Notes under the pieces: generated by a model
What the model was told of the DNA's origin: nothing
The model's database searches: none
The model's input: the letters and a program-made list of their open reading frames with translations, nothing else
Part shown: piece after piece, positions 50,721-64,000 of the stretch
Position numbering within the stretch: position 1 is the stretch's first letter
How the letters are laid out: each line of letters begins with the position of its first letter
Source: Eledone cirrhosa
Lineage: Eukaryota
NCBI GenBank assembly: GCA_964016885.1
Contig: OZ024754.1
Span: 11,222,001 to 11,286,000, forward strand
Length of the DNA stretch: 64,000 bases
Direction: 5' to 3'
Made by a program: the position numbers and the translations under genes

Positions 50721-51098
50721 ATAATAAAACACCATGTCATAATATATGTGATGGTAATAACAGCTACTAGGGAGTTATGATATAATATATATATATCTTT
50801 GATAATAAAACACAATGTCATAATATATGTGATGGTAATAACAGCTACTAAGGAGTTATAACATAATGTATATATATATTCATATATCTTTAATAATAAA
50901 ACACAATGCCATATATAATTTAAGAGGAGTGGAATTGATCCTGGATAGGATGAGGTGTACCATGATGGTGAGAATAGCTACTAAGGAGTTATGACATAAT
51001 ATACAAATATATAACTTTGATAATAAAACACAATGTTATAATATATGCGATGGTAATAACAGCTACTAGGGAGTTATGACATTATATATATATATATA

Positions 51099-52056
51099 CG
51101 AGGGGGAAGACGACCATCGCAGTGGAAGACCAGGAACATCAAAAAATGACCAAAATGTTGAGGCTGCTCAGACTTTAATTGAAGAAGATCGAAGAATAAC
51201 AGTTAATCAGTTAGCTAAGTCCCTAGACATTTCATATGGTTCGGCAAATTCAATTCTGCACGATAATTTGGGACTAAGCAAGCTTTCAGCGCAATGGGTC
51301 CCAAAAGCGTTGCTCCCTGATCAGCTGATTCTTCGAAGTGATCTGTCTTTGGCGATATTAAACAAAATTGAAGTTGATGAAGAGCATTTCCTGACCAGAA
51401 TCATCACCGGAGATGAAACCTGGAACTACCAGTATGACCCTGAATCCAAACAGCAGTCAAAACAGTGGCTTCCACGTGGATCATCGGGGCCAATCAAGTT
51501 CAAATCTCAAAAGTCGGATCAAAAAGTGATGGCCACCATTTTCTGGGATTCAGATGGGGTGATACTAATAGATTATCTTGAAGGTCAAAGAACTGTGACA
51601 GGAGCTTACTATGCAAATGTTTTAAGGAAGCTGAAGAGGCATTAGTCAAGAAACGAAAAGGGAAACTTCATGGTGGGATCTTGTTTCACCATGACAATGC
51701 ACCAGCGCATTCTGCGCGGGTTGCAAAAGAAGTTCTTCGAGAATTTCGATGGGAAGTGCTTCCTCACCTGCCTTATAGTCCAGATTTAGTCCCATCAGAC
51801 TTTTTCCTCTTTCCAAAACTCAAAGAAATGCTAAAAGGAACCCATTTTAGTGGTGTTGAAGAAGCTAAAAACATTGCCAATACATGGCTTCGAACAAGGC
51901 CTTCAACTTTCTTGCTTACGAAGCTGGAAGCATCGCCTTGTGAAGTGTATTGACCTGGATGGCAACTATGTAGAAAAATAAATTAAAGGTAAATCATATT
52001 TTTTGAAAAATAGATTATTTTCTGCAAAATTCCGCAAACTTTTTGATCTCCCCTCG
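51099..52056 (+). mobile_element. mariner (DD34D) transposon relic, 5'-deleted and frameshifted
   Basis: ta|CGAGGGG ... CCCCTCG|ta; EDDHRSGRP, WVPKAL, ITGDETW, HHDNAPAH, YSPDLVPSD with 34 residues between the 2nd and 3rd Asp; frameshift near 51640. Confidence 0.93.
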
Positions 52057-52289
52057 TATATATATATATATAAATATATATCTTTAATATTAAAACACAA
52101 TGTCATATATAATTTAAGAGGGGTGGAGTTGATCCTTGATAGGATGGAGTGTACCATGATGGTGAGAATAGTTACTAAGGAGCGATAGAGGAAGGAGGAA
52201 GAGGTTATAAATAATTCAGGTCACATCTTTTATGCTGGTAGACAAGACTTCTTCTAGTATTGCATGTTGCTACTTTCTGCAGTCCATTG

Positions 52290-52960
52290 TTATCTCTGTC
52301 ATGAGGTTCAGCTTCCTAAGGCTGGTTTTCACTAGTTTATTCCATATCTTCCTAGGTCCTCTTCCACCAGTCCCATCCACTTAGATTTCTCTTTATACAG
52401 CTGTCATCTTCCATACCATCACATCTCTCCTGTACACTACATCTGATTTCTCCTCTTACATAAAGTTTTTCTCTCAGCTCATTTATGCTACTTCATTTCT
52501 TTCTAGCTTTCTATAGTCAAGACCCATGCCTCACTATCATATAACAATAAAGTTTGCATACAGGCATTATACAATTTACCCTTCACTCTGAGAAAGAAGC
52601 CCTTTGTTCTCAACAGAGGTATTAGCTCCTTAACTTCTTCTAGGGTTCAGTCCTCAGTCCACTTTTGTTTATCATTGTTCATCAGGCTATAACAGGAGCT
52701 TAAGACTGGCACTCAATGGGAATTTCTGTATATTGATGATCTAGTCCTTATAGCTGAATCTGTAGCTTCTTCTAGTTTATTCTTACTCAGATTATCACAC
52801 TTTCAGAGTATCCTCACCACTACTGATTAGGTCTTCTATGTAACAAAAGCTGTTAACAACTTCTAGGGAGCCTCATAGGAAATCAAGGTAACCTATTTCA
52901 TAAGTGCTCTATCACATACAGAGTATATCTTCTTTATTAACCTGCCTTTAATTCCACTAA
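52290..52960 (-). mobile_element. degenerate RTE-type LINE with an inverted RT segment
   Basis: Minus: LEVVNSFCYIEDLI, LRVKGKLYNAC..LLYDSEAW, GRGP; plus 52642-52765: GSVLSPLLFII...EFLYIDDLVLIAES. Confidence 0.65.
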
Positions 52961-53289
52961 AAGATTATGTCAATAGATTACATATGTAAACTTTATGGAA
53001 TTTCTGTCTACTTCTTTCTAACACAACAAACAAACCTACTTCCCTGATGGCATCAGATTCCTGTTCATTTTTCTATTTATTAAGACTTGAACCTTTGCTA
53101 AATTTACTTTTAGGATTTTTGATTCTAGATTTTATATTCCATGCATGGAGTCTTAAACCAAGTGTGAACCTAATATAATTGTGTACAATTGCCTCCTGTG
53201 TTTTGTTTGTTCATTTTCAACTATATATCCTCATATATATATATATAACATTCGGATTCCCAGAAACCAATCAAAGATATATATATAAT

Positions 53290-53428
53290 TGTTTATACTT
53301 TTGGCACAAGGCCAGCAATAACCCAGTACATTACTGGTACTTTATTTTATCGACCCCCGTAAGGATGAAAAGCAAAGTTAACCTCGACGGGATTTGAACT
53401 CAGGCCGTAAAGGGACGTAACTATGCTA
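53290..53428 (-). mobile_element. SINE family 2 copy
   Basis: Matches 50543-50720. Confidence 0.78.
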
Positions 53429-53660
53429 GCAATTAGGTCCAGGTTCGTCTTTAACCTGTTTGTATTTTCGTTGTTGTAGTAGCAAGGTGGCAACATGTCT
53501 CCAGTCACAATTTTCACTGTGTCACACACTTAACATATTGTTATTACTCTGAGCTATAATTTATCGATTTATCGATATCACCTCATTGAGTGCTTTGTGC
53601 CAGTGTCAGAAGATTGATTTCAAAACTACTAATCGCAGCTGCAACTTCGATTTTACTCAC

Positions 53661-53694
<34 letters not shown>

Positions 53695-53709
53695 ATTATT
53701 ATTATTATT

Positions 53710-53787
<78 letters not shown>

Positions 53788-54875
53788 TATGTATATATTA
53801 ACAGTTTGACTTAATTTTGCACTACCAGCAGTATGAAGATGAAAACACATCTAAATCATCAAGTGCATTTGAAAAAAAGTAAAGCAAGATGGAGTTTGGA
53901 AGCCATGTTGCTAAGGGCCTCCACTGATTGGTTCAGGTCACAGGTCACATGGGGTGGTGTTGATAAGTCAGCAACAACATGAGTGGTGCCATTAATCTCA
54001 GTAGAATCCATTGACATCTTGTATGTGATCTTATTGGCATCTGTTGGTGGTATCAATGAATCAATGAATCTGGTTGGTCCTCTGCTCTGCATATCCAGTG
54101 TTAATAGCAGGCTGGATGTTTAATTTATATAGGTGGAGACCTCTGGTGGGTGTGATGTTGGTATTTTCATGGTGTGTGCATTGATTCAAGCTGTCTGTCC
54201 CATACAGTCATGCAACTCAGGTGGAAATAAGATGGTATTTGTGGGATGTCCAGCGTCAGTGGTTTGAAGTAGTCTAACAGGGAACTTTTCTGGTGGTTAG
54301 TTTGTCCTCTTGATGGATGTTGCAGTATATACAATCTGTGTCAGAGTCAGAGTTGACAGTTACTTGATCCTTGAGGAAGTGTGGATGGGTGGGACTCTGC
54401 CTAGAATGTAGAATGCTCCATTTGATAACACACACACACATTCTGATGATCAACACAGAGGCAGAGTTGATAGTTACTGGATCCTTGAGGAAGTGTGGAT
54501 GGGTGGGACTCTGCCTAGAATGCTCCATTTGATAACACACACACATTCTGATGATCAACACACACACACACTTACACATGCATACACATGACCTCACAGT
54601 AACCTAACCCCCTGGTTCATTGTCTCTTACTGCTCCCCACTACACTGTCCAGCTTAGCAACAACTCCTTGACCTATTTCTTCTGCTGCCCCCAAACTAAC
54701 ACTTTACACATTCCATCCTGTCATTTGCTGGTTACCATCATTATCACTACTCCAGTGGACTACACAGGATATTTCTATATTTACCCTTCACCTTATTACA
54801 TAACCCTCTCATACATAACTCTCCCTTCCTACACATCCACCTTATCTATATCATGCACACACGCACACACACACG

Positions 54876-54952
<77 letters not shown>

Positions 54953-55012
54953 ACATGCTGTAACATCTCACACATACATACACAACATGCACTGGCTGTA
55001 CACATACAATGT

Positions 55013-57575
55013 ATACTTGTAAACACACACACACATACATGCATGTAGACATATACAAACATACACATACTCAGACATAAACACACACATACATGCATGT
55101 AGACATATACAAACATACACATACTCAGACATAAACACACATACTTGTAAACTCACACACACATACATGCATGTAGACATATACAAACATACACATACTC
55201 AGACATAAACACACATACTTGTAAACACACACACACACATACATGCATGTAGACATATACAAACATACACATACTCAGACATAAACACACATACTTGTAA
55301 ACACACACACACTTACATGCATGTAGACATATACAAACATACACATACTCGGACATAAACACACACATACTTGTAAACACACACATACTTGTAAACACAC
55401 ACACACACACTTACATGCATGTAGACATATACAAACATACACATACTCAGACATAAACACATACTTGTAAACACACACACACACATACATGGATGTAGAC
55501 ATATACAAACATACACATACTCAGACATAAACACATACTTGTAAACACACACACACTTACATGCATGTAGACATATACAAACATACACATACTCGGACAT
55601 AAACACACACATACTTGTAAACACACACACACTTACATGCATGTAGACATATACAAACATACACATACTCGGACATAAACACACACATACTTGTAAACAC
55701 ACACACACTTACATGCATGTAGACATATACAAACATACACATAGTCAGACATAAACACACATACTTGTAAACACACACACACACACATACATGCATGTAG
55801 ACATATACAAACATACACATAGTCAGACATAAACACACATACTTGTAACCACACACACACACATACATGGATGTAGACATATACAAACATACACATACTC
55901 AGACATAAACACACATACTTGTAAACACACACACACACTTACATGGATGTAGACATATACAAACATACACATACTCAGACATAAACACACATACTTGTAA
56001 ACACACACACACACTTACATGCATGTAGACATATACAAACATACACATACTCAGACATAAACACACTTACTTGTAACCACACACACACATACATGGATGT
56101 AGACATATACAAACATACACATACTCAGACATAAACACACATACTTGTAAACACACACACACTTACATGCATGTAGACATATACAAACATACACATACTC
56201 AGACATAAACACACATACTTGTAAACACACACACTTACATGGATGTAGACATATACAAACATACACATAGTCAGACATAAACACACATACTTGTAAACAC
56301 ACACACTCATACATGGATGTAGACATATACAAACATACACATACTCGGACATAAACACACACATACTTGTAAACACACACACACACATACATGGATGTAG
56401 ACATATACAAACATACACATACTCGGACATAAACACATACTTGTAAACACACACACACACATACATGGATGTAGACATATACAAACATACACATACTCAG
56501 ACATAAACACATACTTGTAAACACACACACACACATACATGGATGTAGACATATACAAACATACACATACTCAGACAAACACATACTTGTAAACACACAC
56601 ACACTTACATGCATGTAGACATATACAAACATACACATACTCAGACATAAACACACATACTTGTAAACACACACACACTTACATACATGTAGACATATAC
56701 AAACAAACACATACTCAGACATAAACACACATACTTGTAAACACACATACACACACATACATGCATGTAGACATATACAAACATACACATAGTCAGACAT
56801 AAACACACATACTTGTAAACACACATACACACACATACATGCATGTAGACATATACAAACATACACATACTCGGACATAAACACACACATACTTGTAAAC
56901 ACACACACACACATACATGGATGTAGACATATACAAACATACACATACTCGGACATAAACACATACTTGTAAACACACACACACACATACATGGATGTAG
57001 ACATATACAAACATACACATACTCAGACATAAACACATACTTGTAAACACACACACACACATACATGGATGTAGACATATACAAACATACACATACTCAG
57101 ACATAAACACATACTTGTAAACACACACACACTTACATGCATGTAGACATATACAAACATACACATACTCAGACATAAACACACATACTTGTAAACACAC
57201 ACACACTTACATACATGTAGACATATACAAACAAACACATACTCAGACATAAACACACATACTTGTAAACACACATACACACACATACATGCATGTAGAC
57301 ATATACAAACATACACATAGTCAGACATAAACACACATACTTGTAAACACACACACACTTACATGCATGTAGACATATACAAACATACACATACTCAGAC
57401 ATAAACACACATACTTGTAAACACATACATACATGCATGTAGACATATACAAACATACACATACTCAGACATAAACACACATACTTGTAAACACACATAC
57501 ACACACATACATGCATGTAGACATATAGAAACATACACATAAAACGCATACTTGTACAACACTAAATGCACACAC
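55013..57575. repeat. about 74-78-bp CA-rich minisatellite, about 33 copies
   Basis: cttgtaaacacacacacacatacatgcatgtagacatatacaaacatacacatactcagacataaacacacata units. Confidence 0.95.
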
Positions 57576-57639
57576 ATCTAGATAACTACACATTCACGTG
57601 TATACTGGTTCACTCACACATTCATATGGGCTGATGGCA

Positions 57640-58210
57640 ACACACATACACACACACCTGAAACACACACACACACACACCTGAAACACACACACACACA
57701 CACCTGAAACACACACACACACACACACCTGAAACACACACATATACACAAACTCACAGGGACCTCGACACACACACCTTAGTACAGACACACACACCTG
57801 ATACATACACATACACAAACTCACTGAGACCTCAACACACACACCTTGGTACAGACACACACATGCACACACACACCTGATACACACACACACACAAACT
57901 CAGAGGGACCTCGACACACACACCTTGGTACAGACACACACATGCACACACACACCTGATACACACACATACACAAACTCACTGAGACCTCGACACACAC
58001 ACCTTGGTACAGACACACACATGCACACACACACCTGATACACACACATACACAAACTCACAGGGACCTCGACACACACACCTTGGTACAGACACACACA
58101 CCTGATACACACACATACACAAACTCACAGGGACCTCGACACACACACCTTGGTACAGACACACACATGCACACACACACCTGATACACACACATACACA
58201 AACTCACTGA
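57640..58210. repeat. about 67-79-bp CA-rich minisatellite
   Basis: caaactcacagggacctcgacacacacaccttggtacagacacacac...cctgatacac units. Confidence 0.9.
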
Positions 58211-58274
58211 AGATAAATCTAACTAGATTCAAAACTCAAGGCAGATTATTCAGCCTTCTTCAGTCTCTGTTTAA

Positions 58275-58627
58275 CCCTTTTAGCATTTAAATCAGCCGTA
58301 GCCAGCCAGAATTCTCTCACCTCTTTCTGTTCAAACTGGCTGTAACTGGCCACTCATACTCATGTTAGGGTATTGTTCTCAAAATAAATAATATCAAAAT
58401 CTCATAGATTTGATATTATGTGAGATAAAGCCTTTACCGTGAAAATACATTGGTGTATATAAAATAATTGTTTCTACTTTTGGCACAAAGCCAGCAGTTA
58501 CCCAGTACATTACTGGTACTTTATTTTATCGACCCCATAAGGATAAAAGGCAAAGTTAACCTTAAAGGGATGTAACTATGCTAGAACGCATGGCGTCCAA
58601 CCATAAAGTAATGTAAATGCTAAAAGG
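58275..58627. mobile_element. piggyBac-type MITE (family A, reverse orientation) with a family 2 SINE inserted
   Basis: TTAA-CCCTTTTAGCATTTAAA...TAAATGCTAAAAGG-TTAA; SINE at about 58465-58603. Confidence 0.8.
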
Positions 58628-59281
58628 TTAAATAAGTGAATGTGTTTCTTTACAAATTTGCACAGCTTCAGTTAAATCTTGTGCTATTTCAGTATAGATA
58701 TGTATTTATAGTATGCTTCACCTGCTTAGTGCAATATTTAACATAGACACATGCAAACACACATCATCATTTTACATCTGTTTTTTTCATGCTTGGATGG
58801 GTAAGTTGTATCTTTTTAAGCACAGCTTCCTTCCACTTAATATGTTCCATCATCATCTCCTCTATGAGATCTTTTAGATCTGATACTGATATTTGGTGCC
58901 CTCAATTTTTCCAATCTTTGTATGTCTGTCTCCTTTTATAACAGCTCCTCTATCCACAGTACTGTTCCACCACCAGGTCAACCTCAGTTTAGGCTTTGTA
59001 ATTGTTATTGTTGTTTCTTTTTTCCGAATATAGATACCTTGGTAAATATACATAAATAAATAACTATGGTTTGACATTTAGCTAGGGAGGTGGATAGATA
59101 TGGATAGATAAATAAATAGATAGAGAGAGCTAGATAGACAGTTAGGTAGATAGTTATAGACAGCTGTTGCTTGATCACTGAACACCTTGTCAACATTGCT
59201 AATTGGTAAGTTTGGACAATTCTTTGACACCAATTCTATAGATCTGCTGTCTGAAGGTCGCGATAACCATGCCTGCTAGCA

Positions 59282-59339
<58 letters not shown>

Positions 59340-59464
59340 TATATTTTTTCGATAAATATAATTCCTCTCCCTCTCCACAATTATTCTATCTCAAGTTGAC
59401 CAGGCAGATACACTTGGATGTGCACAAGGACACACACATGCATATAAACACTTACTAAGCTAGA

Positions 59465-59970
59465 TATATACACACAACTATAAAAAAAAACATTAAAAAA
59501 ATATATACACACAACCATAAAAAAAACCATTAAAAAATATATACACACAACCATAAAAAAAAACAATTAAAAAAAATATACACACAACCATAAAAAAACC
59601 ATTAAAAAAATATATACACACAACCATAAAAAAAACAATTAAAAAAAATATACACACAACCATAAAAAAACCATTAAAAAAATATATACACACAACCATA
59701 AAAAAAACCATTAAAAAAATATATACACACAACCATAAAAAAAAACATTAAAAAAATATATACACACAACCATAAAAAAAACCATTAAAAAAATATATAC
59801 ACACAACCATAAAAAAAACCATTAAAAAAATATATACACACAACCATAAAAAAACCATTAAAAAAATATATACACACAACTATAAAAAAAATCATTAAAA
59901 AAATATATACACACAACCATAAAAAAAACCATTAAAAAAATATATACACACAACCATAAAAAAAAAAAAT
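59465..59970. repeat. about 36-bp A-rich minisatellite
   Basis: tatatacacacaaccataaaaaaaaccattaaaaaaa units. Confidence 0.92.
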
Positions 59971-60049
59971 TAACACTTATAAGAAGAGAATTTACAATTG
60001 GATGAATAATGTATACCCTTCTTTGGACAAACTACATCCCCTGATGATA

Positions 60050-60323
60050 TAGTCAGTTACCACCAAGCCCTTTGGCAATCAGTCTGGTACTAGCTGTTGA
60101 AATGGCAAGGGAACAATCGATTTTCGTCAAATCGGACCGAGGAAACAATGTTTCCGTTGGTCTTTCCAATTGCTAATACTATCTATCGGTCGCAACTCCA
60201 GGTAGAAGGAGCAACGTGAAATAAAGTGTCTTGCTCAAGGACATAACGCATCGCCTGGTCCAGGAATCGAACTCACAACCTTACGATTGCGAATCCAATT
60301 CTCTAACCACTCAGCCACACGCC
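60050..60323 (-). mobile_element. SINE (family 1 head, alternative tail); sister copy about 35745-35985
   Basis: Reverse complement ggcgtgtggctgagtggttagag...gagttcgattcc...gtccttgagcaagacactttatttcac. Confidence 0.75.
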
Positions 60324-61001
<678 letters not shown>

Positions 61002-61754
61002 AAAATTAAGATTTGTTTAGCAGAGCTTTTCTCCGACTTGATTATTTCTCACATGTCTATGAAGATTTATCTAAATTATCATGCAAGGTAGACTTATTCA
61101 TTTTAACTAAGTAGCTTAGATAAATAAATTTTATATGAAACCAAAAGGAAAACATCATTTGAAGTATATTCTTTAATTCTACTTGATGTTAAATCAATAA
61201 AGCTTATATATGAGCATTAATTGTGCTAGAAATCTTAATCTATCCTTCTGATATACACTCCAAAGATATAGTCTTTCTTCAAAATACTGTGATATTTTGA
61301 ATATGACACAATATTTTATAAAATCGTAAACAAACTAATCTATTATCTTAGTTTTCTTAAATCTATTTCAGCTTATAAATATCAGCTGAAGCCATTACAA
61401 AAAATATCTTGATGTTTTTATGATCATATTCTAATGAAATACACTGCCTGTGTTTTTCAATTAATTTCAGAATTAATCAAAAATTTGAAAGGATTTAGTA
61501 AAATAATTAACTTTTTCATTATGAAGCTAGTGTTTGCTATATGATATAACTCTGACATAAAATTATCATGGAAGGTTTTTATTTAATTATGAATATTTTA
61601 AAATTGCCAGAAGTTGCAACCACTAGACAGTTATCTGTAATGGAAAGACCAATGGAAATATAGGTTCTTTGGTCTGATTTGATGAGTTCCATTCCACTCG
61701 GGTAGTCATTGAGGTTTGGGATCTTGCCAATTTGGATATTGTATAGTGAAGAGC

Positions 61755-63404
61755 TGTGGTTAGAATGTCTCAGGAAAGAATCGCTGGAGTCATTCCAGGT
61801 AGAGATGCTACTTCTCCACATTGAGAAATCACTGCTTCGATACTACAGGCATGTGGTTAGAATGTCTCAGGAAAGAATCACTGGAGTCACTCCAGGTAGA
61901 GCTGCTACTTCTCTGAATTGAGAAATCACTGCTTCGATACTACAGGCATGTGGTTAGAATGTCTCAGGAAAGAATCACTGGAGTCACTCCAGGTAGAGCT
62001 GCTACTTCTCTGAATTGAGAAATCACTGCTTCGATACTACAGGCATGTGGTTAGAATGTCTCAGGAAAGAATCACTGGAGTCACTCCAGGTAGAGCTGCT
62101 ACTTCTCCACATTGAGAGATCACAGCTCCGATACTACAGGCATGTGGTTAGAATGTCTCAGGAAAGAATCACTGGAGTCACTCCAGGTAGAGCTGCTACT
62201 TCTCCACATTGAAAGATCACAGCTCCGATACTACAGGCATGTGGTTAGAATGTCTCAGGAAAGAATCACTGGAGTCACTCCAGGTAGAGCTGCTACTTCT
62301 CTGAATTGAGAGATCACAGCTCCGATACTACAGGCATGTGGTTAGAATGTCTCAGGAAAGAATCACTGGAGTCACTCCAGGTAGAGCTGCTACTTCTCCA
62401 CATTGAGAGATCACAGCTCCGATACTACAGGCATGTGGTTAGAATGTCTCAGGAAAGAATCACTGGAGTCACTCCAGGTAGAGCTGCTACTTCTCCACAT
62501 TGAGAGATCACAGCTCCGATACTACAGGCATGTGGTTAGAATGTCTCAGGAAAGAATCACTGGAGTCACTCCAGGTAGAGCTGCTACTTCTCTGAATTGA
62601 GAGATCACAGCTCCGATACTACAGGCATGTGGTTAGAATGTCTCAGGAAAGAATCACTGGAGTCACTCCAGGTAGAGCTGCTACTCCTCCACATTGAGAG
62701 ATCACAGCTCCGATACTACAGGCATGTGGTTAGAATGTCTCAGGAAAGAATCACTGGAGTCACTCCAGGTAGAGCTGCTACTTCTCTGAATTGAGAAATC
62801 ACTGCTTCGATACTACAGGCATGTGGTTAGAATGTCTCAGGAAAGAATCACTGGAGTCACTCCAGGTAGAGCTGCTACTTCTCCACATTGAGAGATCACA
62901 GCTCCGATACTACAGGCATGTGGTTAGAATGTCTCAGGAAAGAATCACTGGAGTCACTCCAGGTAGAGCTGCTACTTCTCCACATTGAAAGATCACAGCT
63001 CCGATACTACAGGCATGTGGTTAGAATGTCTCAGGAAAGAATCACTGGAGTCACTCCAGGTAGAGCTGCTACTTCTCTGAATTGAGAGATCACAGCTCCG
63101 ATACTACAGGCATGTGGTTAGAATGTCTCAGGAAAGAATCACTGGAGTCACTCCAGGTAGAGCTGCTACTTCTCCACATTGAGAGATCACAGCTCCGATA
63201 CTACAGGCATGTGGTTAGAATGTCTCAGGAAAGAATCACTGGAGTCACTCCAGGTAGAGCTGCTACTTCTCCACATTGAGAGATCACAGCTCCGATACTA
63301 CAGGCATGTGGTTAGAATGTCTCAGGAAAGAATCACTGGAGTCACTCCAGGTAGAGCTGCTACTTCTCTGAATTGAGAGATCACAGCTCCGATACTACAG
63401 GCAT
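61755..63404 (+). repeat. 97-bp satellite (about 17 copies) derived from an RTE LINE ORF2 end
   Basis: tgtggttagaatgtctcaggaaagaatcactggagtcactccaggtagagctgctacttctccacattgagagatcacagctccgatactacaggca units. Confidence 0.95.
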
Positions 63405-63550
63405 CAATGAACTTGGCAGGTCACACTTGGGGATCCAGCCAGATCAGTTAGACAGTTGCTTCTGACAGGACCTGCTGAAGAGAGGGTTTGAGGACTCTGT
63501 CCCCCATGACCCTCTCACGAATAAGTGGGCGAAGAAGAAGAGAAGAGAAG
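63405..63550 (+). mobile_element. RTE LINE 3' terminus after the 97-bp array
   Basis: LGRSHLGIQPDQL..VASDRTC..., then a (GAA)n tail. Confidence 0.55.
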
Positions 63551-63825
63551 AGAGCTGTGAATAGCAATAGCAGAATTGGTAGAGCACTGGAAAAATATCC
63601 CTGTGTTGTTCAGTTACGTCGATTGATTTATATTTGTATGTGGTTTGTGTGAATGGACATCATCATCATCATCATCATCATCAACATGATGACGATGAGG
63701 AGGAGGAGGAGGCTGCCTCAGGTGGATTGGTATTAAAAGAGTTAATTATGAAATATGTCATTAGCCTTCATATAATTATCTTCCTTCTTCTACTTGCTTG
63801 AGGTGGTGAGGGTGGGGTGTTCTTT

Positions 63826-64000
63826 TCTGAACACCTTCTGTCCAGCCCTCCCGAGGGTTTGAACACCTTCCACTGTCCAGCCCCCCTGAGGGTTTGAACA
63901 CCTTCCACTGTCCAGCCCTCCCGAGGGTTTGAACACCTTCCACTGTCCAGCCCTCCTGAGGGTTTGAACTCCTTCCACTGTCCAGCCCTCCTGAGGGTTT
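63826..64000. repeat. 35-bp minisatellite running off the window end
   Basis: ccttccactgtccagccctcctgagggtttgaaca units. Confidence 0.9.

Larger units (their letters stand above)
50080..52185. repeat. about 80-bp degenerate minisatellite interrupted by a SINE and a mariner
   Basis: aacagctactaaggagttatgacataatatatat...aataaaacacaatgtcataatata units continue on both sides of the insertions. Confidence 0.8.

Noticed and set aside
51076-51953. Domesticated SETMAR-like or intact transposase gene
   Set aside because: N-terminal deletion, frameshifts, retained TIR and no SET domain.
53859-54270. Non-repetitive stretch with a 77-aa minus-strand ORF
   Set aside because: No recognisable motif or splice structure; not a TRIM9 coiled-coil exon.
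60040-60075. CTGATGA as another hammerhead or snoRNA box
   Set aside because: No stem II/GAAA arrangement or terminal stem nearby.

Overview
AT-rich, repeat-dense metazoan genomic DNA. The SINE/LINE/microsatellite landscape resembles a coleoid cephalopod (Octopus-like), which is inference. Two host genes lie on the + strand. (1) Translation initiation factor eIF5B: 23 coding exons traced by hand from 9705 to the stop at 36521, about 1074 codons with consistent GT-AG sites and phases; the start-codon exon was not located. (2) The first coding exon (RING + two B-boxes) of a TRIM9/TRIM67-type E3 ligase at 42139-42966, followed by >21 kb of presumed intron. The rest is mobile DNA and tandem repeats: tRNA-derived SINEs, RTE-type LINE fragments, nested Helitrons, a piggyBac deletion derivative and TTAA MITEs, a DD34D mariner relic, Penelope-like fold-back termini and minisatellites. 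Most long ORFs in the supplied track are repeat artefacts. The most notable observations: a 37-bp tandem array built from about 26 copies of an essential eIF5B 3' splice site; an inverted pair of complete minimal type-I hammerhead ribozyme motifs, with related fold-backs, in the TRIM9 intron; and a 97-bp satellite amplified from a LINE ORF2 end. None is demonstrably a new system without expression data.
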